A DNA stretch of 64,000 nucleotides from Amoebidium appalachense (Eukaryota; Protista; Ichthyosporea): NCBI GenBank assembly GCA_963693365.1, contig CAVNZM010000010.1, positions 1,054,001 through 1,118,000 on the forward strand, written 5' to 3'. The position numbers and the translations under genes are program-made. Positions 1-21,663 of the stretch are shown one piece after another (positions within the stretch are counted from its first letter, which is position 1; each line of letters starts with the position of its first letter). The notes below the pieces were generated by a model. The model was given only the letters and a program-made list of their open reading frames with translations, was not told where the DNA came from and did not search any database.

Positions 1-138
1 GGGGTGGGGAGGGGGGAGGGGGGGGGGGGGGGGGGGTGGAGGTGGTACATCAGAGGGTGGCAAACGCGAAAGAAAAGACATGACCAAACCAGAAAAAGCA
101 ACAAAGGTACACTGAAACCCAAAGAATGTAAACGTGTA

Positions 139-202
<64 letters not shown>

Positions 203-208
203 ACGTGT

Positions 209-254
<46 letters not shown>

Positions 255-399
255 GTGTATGTGTGTGTGCACGTGTGTGTGTGCACGTGTGTGTGTGTGT
301 GTGCACGTATGTGTGTGTGTGTGCACATGTGTGTGTGTGTGTGGTTTTGGGGGGGAAGGCTGGGGGGGGGGGGGGGGGGGGGGGGGAGGCTTAAGGTAC

Positions 400-8548
<8,149 letters not shown>

Positions 8549-9069
8549 GGTTAGGGCTTGTGTTTACGTTGCCTTTTGACAATAGTTGTGTTTGAGGTAG
8601 TCTATAAGAGTTGGTGTGCACATGCAAATGCTGTGTGCCATCGCAGTTTGAGCTAAAACATTGAGCTAAAACGGAAACACAATTCTAGACACGCCGGAAA
8701 CATCTAATGTCAGGGTTAACGTTAAGTCATTTGAGTTGGGATTAAGCATACTCCTTCTATAAAATTACCTAACAGCGCTTTACGTTTTCTTGTCTTTTAA
8801 AACGTTTTATCCTGGTTTTCTCTCGAGCTCGTCTCCCTTTTAAATTTTTCGCAGTACTGCGTAAGCCCGGGGTATGTAACGCCTGCAGAAAGTTTTAGGT
8901 AATCCAATCAAAACACTAAACAGATCCATCTACCAATCACATTGCGCTTCCCAGCATTCGAAATTTCTACAAAAGGGCTATGCAGGAGTGCAAAACTTGA
9001 TGCTTCGGAGGGCCGACAGATCTTGAAACTGGGAAAGGGGGAGAGGGGTGAAGGAAGGGGAAGGGGGGG

Positions 9070-9104
<35 letters not shown>

Positions 9105-9170
9105 AACAAAGGCAGAGAGACAGGGGCCGGTGGACCCACGGAGGTGGGGGGGAGGGGGGGGGAGGAGGCT

Positions 9171-9206
<36 letters not shown>

Positions 9207-9469
9207 GAGGAGAGAGAGGGAGATAGGTAGAAAAGGAGATAAAAAGAGAGACACAGAGAGCGACGGGATAAGAGAATGCGCAGAGAGAGACACAGGCAGG
9301 CAGAAGAGGTACGTATACGGGGGAGGGGGGGGGGGGGAAAGGGGGGGGGGGGGGAAGAGAGAGAGAGAGAACGAGAGAGAGAGAGCAGATATAGATGGAG
9401 GGAGACAAAGACAGAGAGAGAGGGAGAGAGGGAGAGAGGGAGGAGAAGAGGGCGGGAGGGGGGAGGGAA

Positions 9470-9507
<38 letters not shown>

Positions 9508-10542
9508 CTGGAATTGTCGTAGAAATGAAATACGGCACTGGCGGCCTTGGGATGGGTATCGATACCTGGAGACTATGTGTATAGCCCGTCCAACAGCCAC
9601 TTATCTATTATGAAGAAAAAAAAAGTTCTATAATTAACAAGTTCAAGCAAGTGTTGGGTCGTTGTTCTCAGCAGCTTATAACTCTACTTGCATCGATCGG
9701 CCGCAGAGTCGTTTCGAACTGAACTATTCGTGAAAACACAGAAGCAGTAATACACAAAAGCAAAAATTCTGCTAAAAACGGAACTATTCTTCTCAAAAGA
9801 AGAAGTGTTCTATTTAGAGCAAGTTTATTGTGCTGGCGTGGGCAGAATAAATCTGCTGTTTGCATCATAATTCTTGTTTTTGATTCTGCTTTCGTTTGCT
9901 GAATAATTTCGCCAGAGCAAGTTGGTTCTGCTGATGTGGTTGAGCTCTTATTGGTCATGGGCGGTTGGGGAGGGGGGGGGGGGGGGGGGGGAGGGAAGAG
10001 AAGGGGGGCTGCTGTTGAAATTTGGCCATATTATCACTGCACCAAGCCACACACGCAGCATAAAGTATATGTGTAAATATACAGCAATACAGGTATGATT
10101 CTCCATTCCAGAACAAGATGGTTTTTGGGAGATAATACGAGGACCATTTTTTGAATAATATTTGAGCCTCTACGTCACCCTGCCGGGGGGGGGGGGGGGG
10201 GGGGGGAGAGGGGAGTTTGCCGGGGGGGGGGGGGGGGGGGGAGGAGGGGGGGGGGGGGTTAGTTTCTGGGTGCCCAATCTAAGTAGTTTCTAGGGAGGTG
10301 TGTTCTTTTCAGTTTCTTACCAAGAAGTTTACTTGGTGGATATGTATGGGTGTGGAAAAGGATGTCATCCAGCGCACTGCAGCCAACACGTGCAGACATA
10401 TCATCCCCCTCGCCCCTCCCCCCCCCCCCCCCCCCCCAAAAAAAAAAAAAAAGAATAAAAAATGAATAAAATAAAGAAGCCCCCCCCCCCCCCCCCCACT
10501 TGCTCCCCCCTACCTTTGCGCTCCCCCCCCCCCCTCCTTTTC

Positions 10543-10574
<32 letters not shown>

Positions 10575-10679
10575 CCCAAAAAAAACCCACATCCCCTTAA
10601 AAAGAAAGCAAAGAAAAGGAAGGAAGGGAAATGAAAATAAAGGAAGGAAGGAATGAAGGTAGAAAGAAAAAAATGCCCC

Positions 10680-11791
10680 ACCACATCAGGGAGATCACAT
10701 CGCGTAAGATACCATGAGATGAAAGGCCCGGGAACCTTTTTGTTTAAAGTAGGCACACCATGCCACGACGTCCACGCTATAACAATCATCAAGACTCCAA
10801 ACGCTCACCGCCCACCTACTTTGTAGAATAACTGGGAAAGTATAATGGCTATAGATACCTCCATCTTCAAGAAGTTCTCGTTCGACTAACTGAAAGAAGA
10901 CAATAAACCCCGGCCCAAAAGTCCCACAACCACAACCAAAACTTGCTGTTTATGGCCGTTTTACATGGTGGGCATAATGGGACTGGGTGTCCGTCCCTAT
11001 ATCCCCCTTTCCCCTACCCTTCATGGAATTCCGAAGCTTCGGAACACAACAGAGCGGGCATCGTTTGAAGCCATTTTAGGCATAGATACAAACCAGGGAC
11101 TATAAGGACACCCGTATCATGTTGCTGAAAAGCCTTATAGATCGAAACTGTTACACTCTGTCGTCCTTTCCTTCGTGCCTGAGAGTATTATGTACTATTT
11201 GCTGTGTCCTAGTTCTGTGATTTTTCCTTTGTAAAATTTCAAGTTAAAATATAATAAAAAAGTCATGAGAATAAGGGAAAAAATGGTCGCTCACCGAGAC
11301 ACTCACCCATTTCAAACCCATCCCCTTACCACACACGCACGCACGTGAATATACCAGATCCCTTTTTTGCCAATTGTGCAAATTCCAGTTACACCTTGAT
11401 GACATTTCACCATGCATAGCCATTTGTTAAATTTGGTATCGCATGAAAAACATCAAATTTGCCGACTTAGACCTAAGCACACACAGGCCCTCCTTCTCCG
11501 TTACACAAACCACCAAGTCAGCCAAATCACTGCCATGCACCCAAGCTAACTACGATTACCCCCCCCCCCCCCCCCCCCCCCCTCCCCTCCCTCCTCCCCC
11601 TTCCCTCATCCCCCCCCCCCCCCCCCCCGGGCGCGCAAATTAAAAATAGGAGTAAAGATCATGATAAATGACTTGAAAAACGAAACACACAAGCTCCCTC
11701 CAGTTCTTCTCTGTTCCCACGTATTTCTTGGCAGCCATTCTGTTTTTGTGCACCACCGACAGACAGAAATGTGCCTTCCCTGCCCCTCCCC

Positions 11792-11845
<54 letters not shown>

Positions 11846-12348
11846 ACACACACACACATCCCCATTACCCCCTTCCCTCCCCCCTTTCCAAAAACAACCA
11901 CACACACACACACACAAACCCATCACTCCTCCTCTGCCACACGCACATTCTTGCTCCACAACTACTTAACGAACATACGTACACCTCCCCCCATAGTATG
12001 ACCTAAAAAATCCCACGAGAGGGCCGCACCAAAAATGGTAAGGAAAACAATCTTCGTAAGGGATCTAGCCGTGCTTCTAAATTAGCCACCACTTGAAGCC
12101 TTGAAAAACACCTGACCTTGCCTTTTGAATAGTCCCCCCCCCCACCCCCCTTGACCCCGCTCACAACCCCTTCCCTTCAACCCCCAACCTTCAAGTCCCC
12201 CCCCCCCCCCCCTCACCTCGTGCCCGCCACCCCTCTCCCTCTCCCAAACACACACGCGCGCGCACACGCACACGCACACGCACACACACACACACAGGCA
12301 CCGTCACACACACGCACGCACACGCACAAACACACACATACACACCGT

Positions 12349-12389
<41 letters not shown>

Positions 12390-12449
12390 ACAAACACACA
12401 CACACACACATACACGCACGCACACACACACACACGCGCGCGCGCGCAC

Positions 12450-12482
<33 letters not shown>

Positions 12483-12575
12483 AACACACAAACCCGCACA
12501 CCTCTCCCAATAGTAAACTAAGCCCATTTTGCTTTTCCTTTTGAAAGTGAATTTTATTTCACCCCCATCCACCCC

Positions 12576-12606
<31 letters not shown>

Positions 12607-14359
12607 AAACCCCATCCCCTTCTTCGTATCTTCCTCGGGGGGAGGAGGATTGACTATGGAGAGTCAGGTACATACTATAGGGCCGGTGTTGCTGAGATTG
12701 AGTTTAGGAGAACCCATGCAGTCCAACCTGAAATGTACCTGAAATGCAACGGAGGGCATTGGATGTGGAGGGGAGGCTGGGGGGAAGGGGGTCCTTTTTG
12801 CCGTAAGAATATCCCGGAATTAATTCTGTAAACGGAAACTAAGTTTTTTTTGCAAAATTTGCATAGACGGAATCTTGTGTGCGGGCAATCTAGTGTGGTG
12901 GTCCATGGGCCAGGAGTTTGCCCTTTGGAAATGGCTTAGAAAAAAAGGCGACACTGTGCACACCCTGTGTGGCAAGGCCGGGGGGGGGGGGGGGGGGGGA
13001 GGGGGGGGGGGGGGGAGGGGGGAGGGGAGAAGGGCATTTGAGATGTAAGTGTGTGTGCATGTGCGTGTGTGTGACACGTGAGGGTACCCGGAACGCATCT
13101 TGTTTTAAAAAAGGGCAGGGGCAAGAGAGGGGAAGGAGGAAGGGCGAGGGGGAGAGAGAGAGCGGGGAGGGGGGGGAGGGAGGGAGGGGGGAGGTTTTGG
13201 GCGACCAACCGATGCATTTACCGCTTCATTAGGGTCCCCCAAGCCACCCCCCCCCCCCCCCCCCCAAAGCCCCCCCCCCCCAAAGCCCCTCCCCCCCCCC
13301 CCCCCCAGATCTACACAGTGTCAGACAGCCCCCCCCCACCGCCTCCCTTGCCAATTCACGTTTTCATGTGACAAGGCAGAGGATGTATTGGGCGGACACC
13401 CAGCCACAGTACATGTGTCCTTAGTGTTGAGTCCCTTGATACCGAGGTTTCTGAATTGAATCTCTGCATTTTGCAGATTCTGAATAATTCATTCTGATTT
13501 TGCGGAAAACAGTAGTTCTGCTTTCGGATGATAAACATGCCATGAATAATCTTCGAGTTTGACCCCGGACAACACACAGCCCCTCCTTCTCCATTGCATT
13601 TGCACGAATTCCCATCGCCCAAATCACTTCCATGCACCCAAGCTGGCACTCCTCCCCCCTCCCCCCCCCCTTCCCCCCCCCCCTGCCCCCCAAATATATA
13701 TATATATATATGATATCAAAAAGGGCTCCCCTATCTCATCTCCCCTCCTCCTATCTCCCCCTCCACCTTCCCCCCGGGCCTCAGCAGAAGTTAAGATTAA
13801 AAATCATATCATGATAAAAAATTTGAATTGAAACGAGACACAAGCTATTTCCAGTTCTTCTTCAATTCCGTGTTTTTCCTGGCAGCTATTCTGCTTTCGC
13901 GCACCACTGAGAGGCTGAAATGTTTCTTTTCTGCCCCTCCTCCCCCTCTTCCCTCCCCTCCCCCCTATCCCCCTTACCCTCTCCCCCCTCCCCCCTTGCT
14001 TGACGCACATGCACCTCACCCCATAGTAGGACCTTAGAAACACCCCACAAATTGGCGAAAAAATGTTCTTAAGGGGGTTTGGCCGTGTTGATATTAAACC
14101 ACCATACGTCTTACTTTGCCATTTGTGTAGCATTTCCCCCCAAAACCCCCCCCCCCTCCTCTAACCGGCCCCTCCTCTTTCCTCCCCTCCGCCCCTTCCT
14201 CCCTTTCCCCCCTCCTCCCCTCCCCCCCCCCCCCCCCCCGTGAACTCTGGACCCTGCTACACCCTCCCTTCCCCTCCTCCCCCCCCTTCTTCCCTCCCCC
14301 CCCCCCCCCCCCCCGGTGAACCCTGGACCCTGCTACACCCTCCCTTCCCCTCCTCCCCC

Positions 14360-14394
<35 letters not shown>

Positions 14395-15584
14395 ACACAC
14401 ACACCCACCCACCGCTCGTGTACTTGTACGTGTGTGTTGATTGCTTTCAGATTAATGTTGGGGAGGGGGGAGGGTGGGGGGTTAGAACGATTCGTTTTTT
14501 TTTCCCTTGGAGGGAAGGGGGGGGGGGGGGGGGGGATTCACCCAAAACTCGTTGGGACTCTCTTGACGTTTAGGGAAACATGTGCTGTAGGGCGATGTTA
14601 TGCTGAAATTATAGTTTAGGGGAAACACGTGCAGTCTACCCAAAGTGAATAGAGGGTGGAAGGGGAGGGGGGGGGAGGGGGGGGGGGGGGGGGGGGGGGG
14701 GAGAAGGGGGGGATGGGGGTGGTCCCGTCGAAGAAAGATTTTCCAATATGCCCGAAATTCAGCCTGTAAACATGCGCGGACGATCTAAGAGCGGAGGTCT
14801 AAAATCCAGAAATTACAACTCTAAAGAGTTATTATTAGAGAAGAGGGTGATGTGTATACCCCTGTGGCGCTGGGGGGGGGTGGGAGGTGGGACCGGGGTG
14901 TGTGTGTACGTGTACGCGCGCGTGTGCGCGAGTTCGCCCGGTGTGTGTGACGCGGAGGGGATTAGGGATGCACCTTCTAATATTAAGGGAGAGGGGGGAG
15001 GGGGGAGGGGAGGGGGATGTTACTGATTGTAGGAAGTAGGCTTTGAATCTCCCAGTCATGTTAAATTATTTATGGGTGCCCTGGGCCGATGCAGTCCCAA
15101 CGACAAACCTTGCACAGATGGGTCCTGGAAGGACACGCACGGCGCAACAGTTCACTGCATCTTCATATTTACATAACATGGGCAGGGGATGATTAAGCGG
15201 ACACCCAGCCCCAGTATCTCTGTAGTGTCGATTGCCCTGATACTAAGTTCCCGAAGTGATTGTGGGACAAAATGAAATTTTTTTGCAGAATAATTCTGCA
15301 TTTTACAATATAATTCTGCATTTTGCAGAATAGTTCTTGCTGAAGGACTCTGCTCACAGAGAGTTTATTCTGCTCATGTGGTTAGATGGCTGTTTTCTTC
15401 TTCCTCAATGATAACAGAAAGTGCTTGATCTTAGACCACTTCGACAGATGAGAGAATTTCATAGAACTTCCTGTCGAATTTGCCACAGCGCTGGCACCGG
15501 GGCGGCAGAGGTGTCAAAAGGGGAGGGAGAAGGGCTGTGGAGAGGAAGAATGTTGTACGCGGACAAGCGCACACACAAACACAA

Positions 15585-15682
<98 letters not shown>

Positions 15683-15687
15683 TACAC

Positions 15688-15727
<40 letters not shown>

Positions 15728-15734
15728 TGTACAC

Positions 15735-15780
<46 letters not shown>

Positions 15781-18461
15781 TGTACACACACGCACACAAG
15801 AGGACACACATGCATACGTGCAAGCACACACGCACAGTAATCGTTGATGTTGAACTCCCTTTCCCCTCCCTCTCTTATCAAAGAGCTCCACAACCAGACT
15901 ACACTCTTCTTCCCCCTTCTGCCGCACACAACGTTAACACAACCACAGTCGACACAATCCACCCTGGACCTAGACACCAAACCATTGACCCCTTCTTGCT
16001 TGACGTTTGACCAAATTATGTGCGACACTCTGGCAACTTGTGTACAGCAAATGTGAACGTTGAAAAACTAGAAGCTGACCCTCTGGGAAGATGTTCTTTG
16101 CCAAGGGAAAGCTGGAAGAGATTAACGGGGTTAAAGAGGTGTGTGTGTTGTGTATCCTCCTCTCAACAGCGCAACAAGAACAAGAACAAAAATAACAACA
16201 ACAACAACAGCAACAACAAAGTTCAAGAAAGAACGCTCCCCCACCCCACTGCCCCCCCCCCCCCCCCCCCGCCTCTCTCTCCCCCCCCCCCCCACACACC
16301 ACCCAAAAAAAAAAACAAAAAAAACGAACCCCCTCCCCTTCTCCCCCCCCCCCCCCCATCCCCCCCCCCCATCCCTCCCCCCCCCCCCCCCCCTCCCCCC
16401 AAAAGGCCACGCCACATCAAGGGTCGGCTAGATGAACCCTACAGCCCAAGTCTTAGAACCTAAATTTCTAACTTAGAACGTATAACCTAAATTTCTAACT
16501 GAGACCCATTATATTAAAGACGTCCATGCTATCAAAATCTTGAAACAGTCGTCCGTAGTACTTTGTAGAATAAGTGACAAAGTATAATGGCTCTAGATAC
16601 ATCCACCTTTTCTTGTTCGACTGGCTCAAAAACGGTTAACCAAAGGGTCCCACAATCACAACCGAAACTTGCTGCATATATTTCTCCACAGTATAGGCAT
16701 CATGGAACTGGGTGTCCATCTCTATATCCTCTGCCCATCATGGGATTTCGAAGAGACTTGTCTCCTCTGAAAATTGCAGAGTGGGCATGGTTTGAGCGTG
16801 CAACTTTGACGAACATTACAGGGACCATCAGGACACCCGACCAATGTAGCTGAAAAGGTTTTTAGGTTGAAACATAACATTACCGAGTCGTCATGTTAAT
16901 CATCCGTGCCTGAGAGGTAATTCTACTATTTGCTGTATCCAATTCTGTGAATCTTCCTTTGTCAACAAAAATATGAAAGCAATAAAATTGTTTCTCACCG
17001 TGACACTCACCAACTCAAACCCCTCCGTTTACCACGCACACAAGTACGCAAATGCACGAAATCCTTATAATGGCAAATTCTAGAAAAGCCTTGATGATAT
17101 TTCACCATGCATAGCCAAAGTCATTCGTTGAATCTCGAATTGCTTGATAAACATGAAATTGTCGACTTAGAACTAAACCTACACAGCTCCTCCTTCTCCA
17201 ATACACTAATCCCACCGACTCCCCCCCCCCCCCCCCCCTTCCCCCCTCCCCGTGCCAAGCTCCCCATCCCCCCCTGTACTCCCCTTCCTCATCTCCCCCC
17301 CCCCCCCCCCCCCCCCCCCCGGCAGGCAAATAAAAATGAGTAAAAATCATAATAATAACCTGAAATACAGACGAGACACACAAGCTCCCTCCAGTTCTTC
17401 TCCAAGCTCACGTTTTTCTTCAGGCAGCCATTCCATTTTTGTGCATCACCGAAAGGCAGAAATGTTACTCCCCCCTTCCCCCCCCCCCCCCCCCCTCCCC
17501 CCTTTTCCCCCATCCCCCATACCCCTCCCCTACCCCCTCCCCAAAGCACAGACACACGCACGCTCATGCACACACGCACACGCACGCACTCCCCCCCCCC
17601 CCCCCCCCCCCCCCCCCCCACACACACACCTGTCCTCCTCTACCACACGCACATTCTTTCTCCCCTTTCTTACTGCACATTCGCACCTCTCCCCTATAGG
17701 ACCTTATTAAACCTCATGGACGGGGAATAAAAACAAAAACAAAGCGAAAGGAAAGGAATGTTCTCAATGGGCTTTTGCCGTGTTGATATTAAACCACCAT
17801 ACATCCCACTTCACCCTTCGTGTAGCCTTTCCCTTAGACCTCTCCCCGGCCCCCCCCCCTCCCCCCCCCCCCCCCTCCCCCCACCCTCACCCCCCCCCCC
17901 CCCCCCCCTCCTCCTCCTCTTGCCTCCAACACCCGAAGTTCAACCCTGGACCCTGCTCATACCATTTCCATCCCCCCCCCCCCCCCCCTCCCCGCCCCCC
18001 AAACACCCACATAGAGCACACACACATCTCTGCCATGTGAAATGAATCCAGCTTCCTTTGCCTTTGTGAATCCCCGTGGCACCCCCATCCCTACCCCTCC
18101 CCCCTCAACTACACCGCCCCCCAACGACTCTTTGTGCGTGTCTCGAGCTCTCATTTCCCTTCCGCTCACAAAAACGCCCCATCCTCCCTTCCAGCCTTCC
18201 CTTCACAAACAAACATACACAAGTGGCTTCTCCATTACATGCACACAAAGGCACACGCACATATTAAGGTACACAAGCATAATATGTCAGAAGCCCCTCC
18301 CCATCAAGCACAATAACCAAACGGCCCTTTTTCAAAACGCACAACGTTACCACAGACGACAGGCAACCCACTTCCAGGCAAAGAAAGAGAGAAAGGAGGT
18401 CGGGGGGGGGGGAGGCGGGGGAAGGGGTGGTGGTGGTGGTGGTGGTGGTGGTGGTGGTGGT

Positions 18462-18492
<31 letters not shown>

Positions 18493-18843
18493 CAACCAGG
18501 CTTGAAAAGAAGCACCGGGAAATGGAAGGGAGGGTCGAGCCCTACGGTGGAAGGGACCACATGCAGTCTTCAATTGGCGGTATCCTCGCTGCGTGTCATA
18601 GTGTGTGCGTTTTGTGCTCGTGCTTGTGTATGTTTGGGTGCGTGTGTATGTCGATGTCGCTTTTACATTATTGTGTGTGGGGGGTGGAGGTACTATGTAC
18701 GCCATAGGGGGGAGGGGGGAGGGGGGGAAGGGGGGGAGGGGAGGGGACTAAAAGTGGAAGGATGAGTCCTGAGAACCTTTTTGTCTTTCTTTCTTTCTTT
18801 TTTTTTTTTTTGGTCTTTCTTTCTTTCTTATTTTTTTTTTTGT

Positions 18844-18878
<35 letters not shown>

Positions 18879-19480
18879 TTTAAAAGATTGTTTAGACCCT
18901 TTTGAGCTTTGAAGAGACAGGTGCTGTAGAGTGTAATGCTGAAATTATAGTTAAGGGGGAACACATCCAGTCAAACCTGAAGTGAAACGGGGGGAGGATG
19001 AGGTGGGGGGGGGGGGGGGGGGGGGGGGGATGCCCATAAAATGATATAAAGAATTTGCCAAATGTCTGTAGACGGAATCTTGTGCGCGGATGATCTTGTA
19101 GGCGGACGGACTGTAAACAACTGTACACATGAACTGTACATGTTTACTAAAGAATGTGATCTACTAGCATACGATTCGTGCTTTGTCATGAATGTCACAT
19201 AAATCTCACAGGCACGCACCAACCTGCCTCTCCTCCTCTGCCACACACACATCCTTGCTCACCCGCCTCATCCCCCCCCCCCTATCCCTCCCCCCCGCCT
19301 GATGCACATGCGCCTTCCCCCATAGTAGGACCTTATATATATATATATATATATATCCCCCCATGCAATGGCAACAAAAACTGTCATGGAAGTCAACCTG
19401 CTCAAGGGTTTTGGCAGCGCTGCTACCTTGGCCACCACTTGAAGTAAATGTGACCTTTCTTTGCCTTGGAGTAGTGTCCT
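10680..19480. repeat. Mosaic of degenerate tandem segmental duplications, no intact ORF
   Basis: Homologous blocks by eye: A ~10810-11240 / 16550-16965; B ~11280-11560 / 16985-17210 / part at 13570-13650; C ~11635-11775 / 13790-13930 / 17325-17465 (acacaagct..ccagttcttc...gcagccatt); C-tail ~11925-12125 / 14000-14130 / 17630-17820 / 19225-19470; D ~12680-12905 / 14575-14810 / 18920-19110; E ~13375-13560 / 15180-15400. Confidence 0.8.
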
Positions 19481-19837
19481 CCCCGGGCCCCGCTCCCCCC
19501 CCTCCCCCTCTCCCCCTCCCCATCCTCCCCTCCACCCTTTTCCCTCGAACCCTTGGCCCCCGAACATTCCACTACACAAATTACCATCACAGTCTCCAAA
19601 TTGTTTTTGGAAACACAACGACCACTTCTCGCCTCCCCTGTGAGTGTGTTAACATGAATACAGAGTCAACGTTAACGTTTCAAGCTTAATCAAGTGGTTG
19701 CCCTCAAGAGAAAACAAACTTTCTTAGGGAAGTTTTAAGAGAAGGTATTCGAGGTCACTGTGGTGTGCTTGTGCATGTGTGTGTGGTTTTAACGGTGGCA
19801 CGGTAGAAGGAAACAGGGGTTCTGAGGGGGCGGGGGG

Positions 19838-19973
<136 letters not shown>

Positions 19974-20734
19974 TGGTTGGGGGGGGGGGGGGGGGGGGGG
20001 GGGGGCTGGTTAGCAAAAACACACCAGGGAAATGTGGTGGAAAAGGCATAAACGGGAGGTGGGGGGGCCGTGGTGCACGTGATGGGGGTGCGGTGGTTTT
20101 TTTTTTTTGTTTTTTTTTGGGGGGGGGGGGGGGGGGGGAGGGGGGGGGGGGAGGGGGGTGTCTGTGATTCCCATTCTAGCTACATGATTTTATGGGTGCT
20201 CCGGTTACAACTGATACGTAGGAGAATGCACAGATTGGTACTGGATGAACACACGGTGCAGAGCTTCTATTCCCCTTCGAGGTTAAATTGTTCAAGCTGG
20301 GCAGAGGAATTATCGGCGATATAGACATCCAGCGGCTGCCCCATCATATGCCCAAAGTGTCGATAGCCTTAACGTGGATATTTTCGCCTTGATTAATGGG
20401 ACGGGACAAAAAGCGTGTACCGAACCTGGTCTTAAACAAATTCTAGGAGAAGTAATGGACCCTCTAGTCCTATTTGTGGAAAAAAAAGGGGTGACGAGGC
20501 ATCCGGTGCGCTCCGGGGGGAGGGGGAGGGGGGGTGGGGGGTGGGGGGGAGGGGCGGGGGAGGGAGAGAGGGGAGGGGGTGGTGATGGGGTGTCGGATTC
20601 CAATGTTAGGAAATAAATATGTGCAAGTGGCTAGAACTTTTTTTGTGCTTGCAGGAGAGTCCTTTGAATTCGCGATCAATAAAGTCACAGATAGTTTGAC
20701 ACAAATAACTCGTGTGTGTGTGTTGTGTGTGTGT

Positions 20735-20791
<57 letters not shown>

Positions 20792-20880
20792 GCCACAGAG
20801 TCACGGTGTGAATGATCTCATATGTATTTAAAACTTAAAAGTTAGCAGATCAATAAACCGTGTGTTGGGTTTGTGTAGTG

Positions 20881-20913
<33 letters not shown>

Positions 20914-21663
20914 TGAGTGTATGTGTGTGTGTGCGTGCACGTGGTTGTGTTGTGTACGTGGCTCATAGTGTGTGTGTTTACGTGTACACGTGCGGAAGTG
21001 AATTTTGACCCTACTACATGACACAATTCATGGTGCAGTCACATATCTTTTCAAGAGATATCGCCCATATTGGCCATGTAGAGAAGTGTACAGAACGTGT
21101 CTTTATTGCGGACTCTGCAGCGGCAAATGGCCAGCAATATGGAAAACCATGTGATCCTGCACATTTCACTTGCACATCATGGCTCTTAAGTAGTCGAGAA
21201 CTGCTATAACTGCTCCACTACTTACTTCTACAGCTTGAGTCACTATGTCTAGAAAAAAAATCAACAGTGATTATCCTGAGATCAAGAGGCTACATTGCTA
21301 AGCTATAGTTTTACACGATTGACCTTCACTACATATTTGATGCTACTACTGATTCAAGATGATGTGTTCAACTATGACGAGGGCGCTTACTAGCTCTGGG
21401 GGCTGATGTGGGAGTAGTGAAGTTAACCGAATATTGATTGCAAAAACACTGATGACCATCCCTTAGGAAGTAAAGTGTACTGCCAACCTCAGCCCTGGAA
21501 GGGTTGAAAAAGAACGAAGAATGAATACACAAGAGAACTATCTAGCTGGCAAGCTAACGTCCCAGGCCGTAACAAGAATCATGGCATGAGTTATCTTATG
21601 TATATATGTATTCAATCGCAGGAATGTGGAAATTATACCAAAAAGGGGGGGAAAGGATGACGG

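Noticed and set aside
392-399. Tomosyn donor GTACCTT (and GTACTT at 4042) resembling a degenerate U12 5' site
   Set aside because: Lacks the GTATCC core; the 3' end is outside the window for the first, and no U12 branch site is seen for the second.
20180-20500. Protein-like unique segment (DIFALINGTGQKACTEPGLKQILGEVMDPL...)
   Set aside because: Interrupted by stops, no recognisable family and no consistent splice chain; possibly a pseudogene or TE relic.
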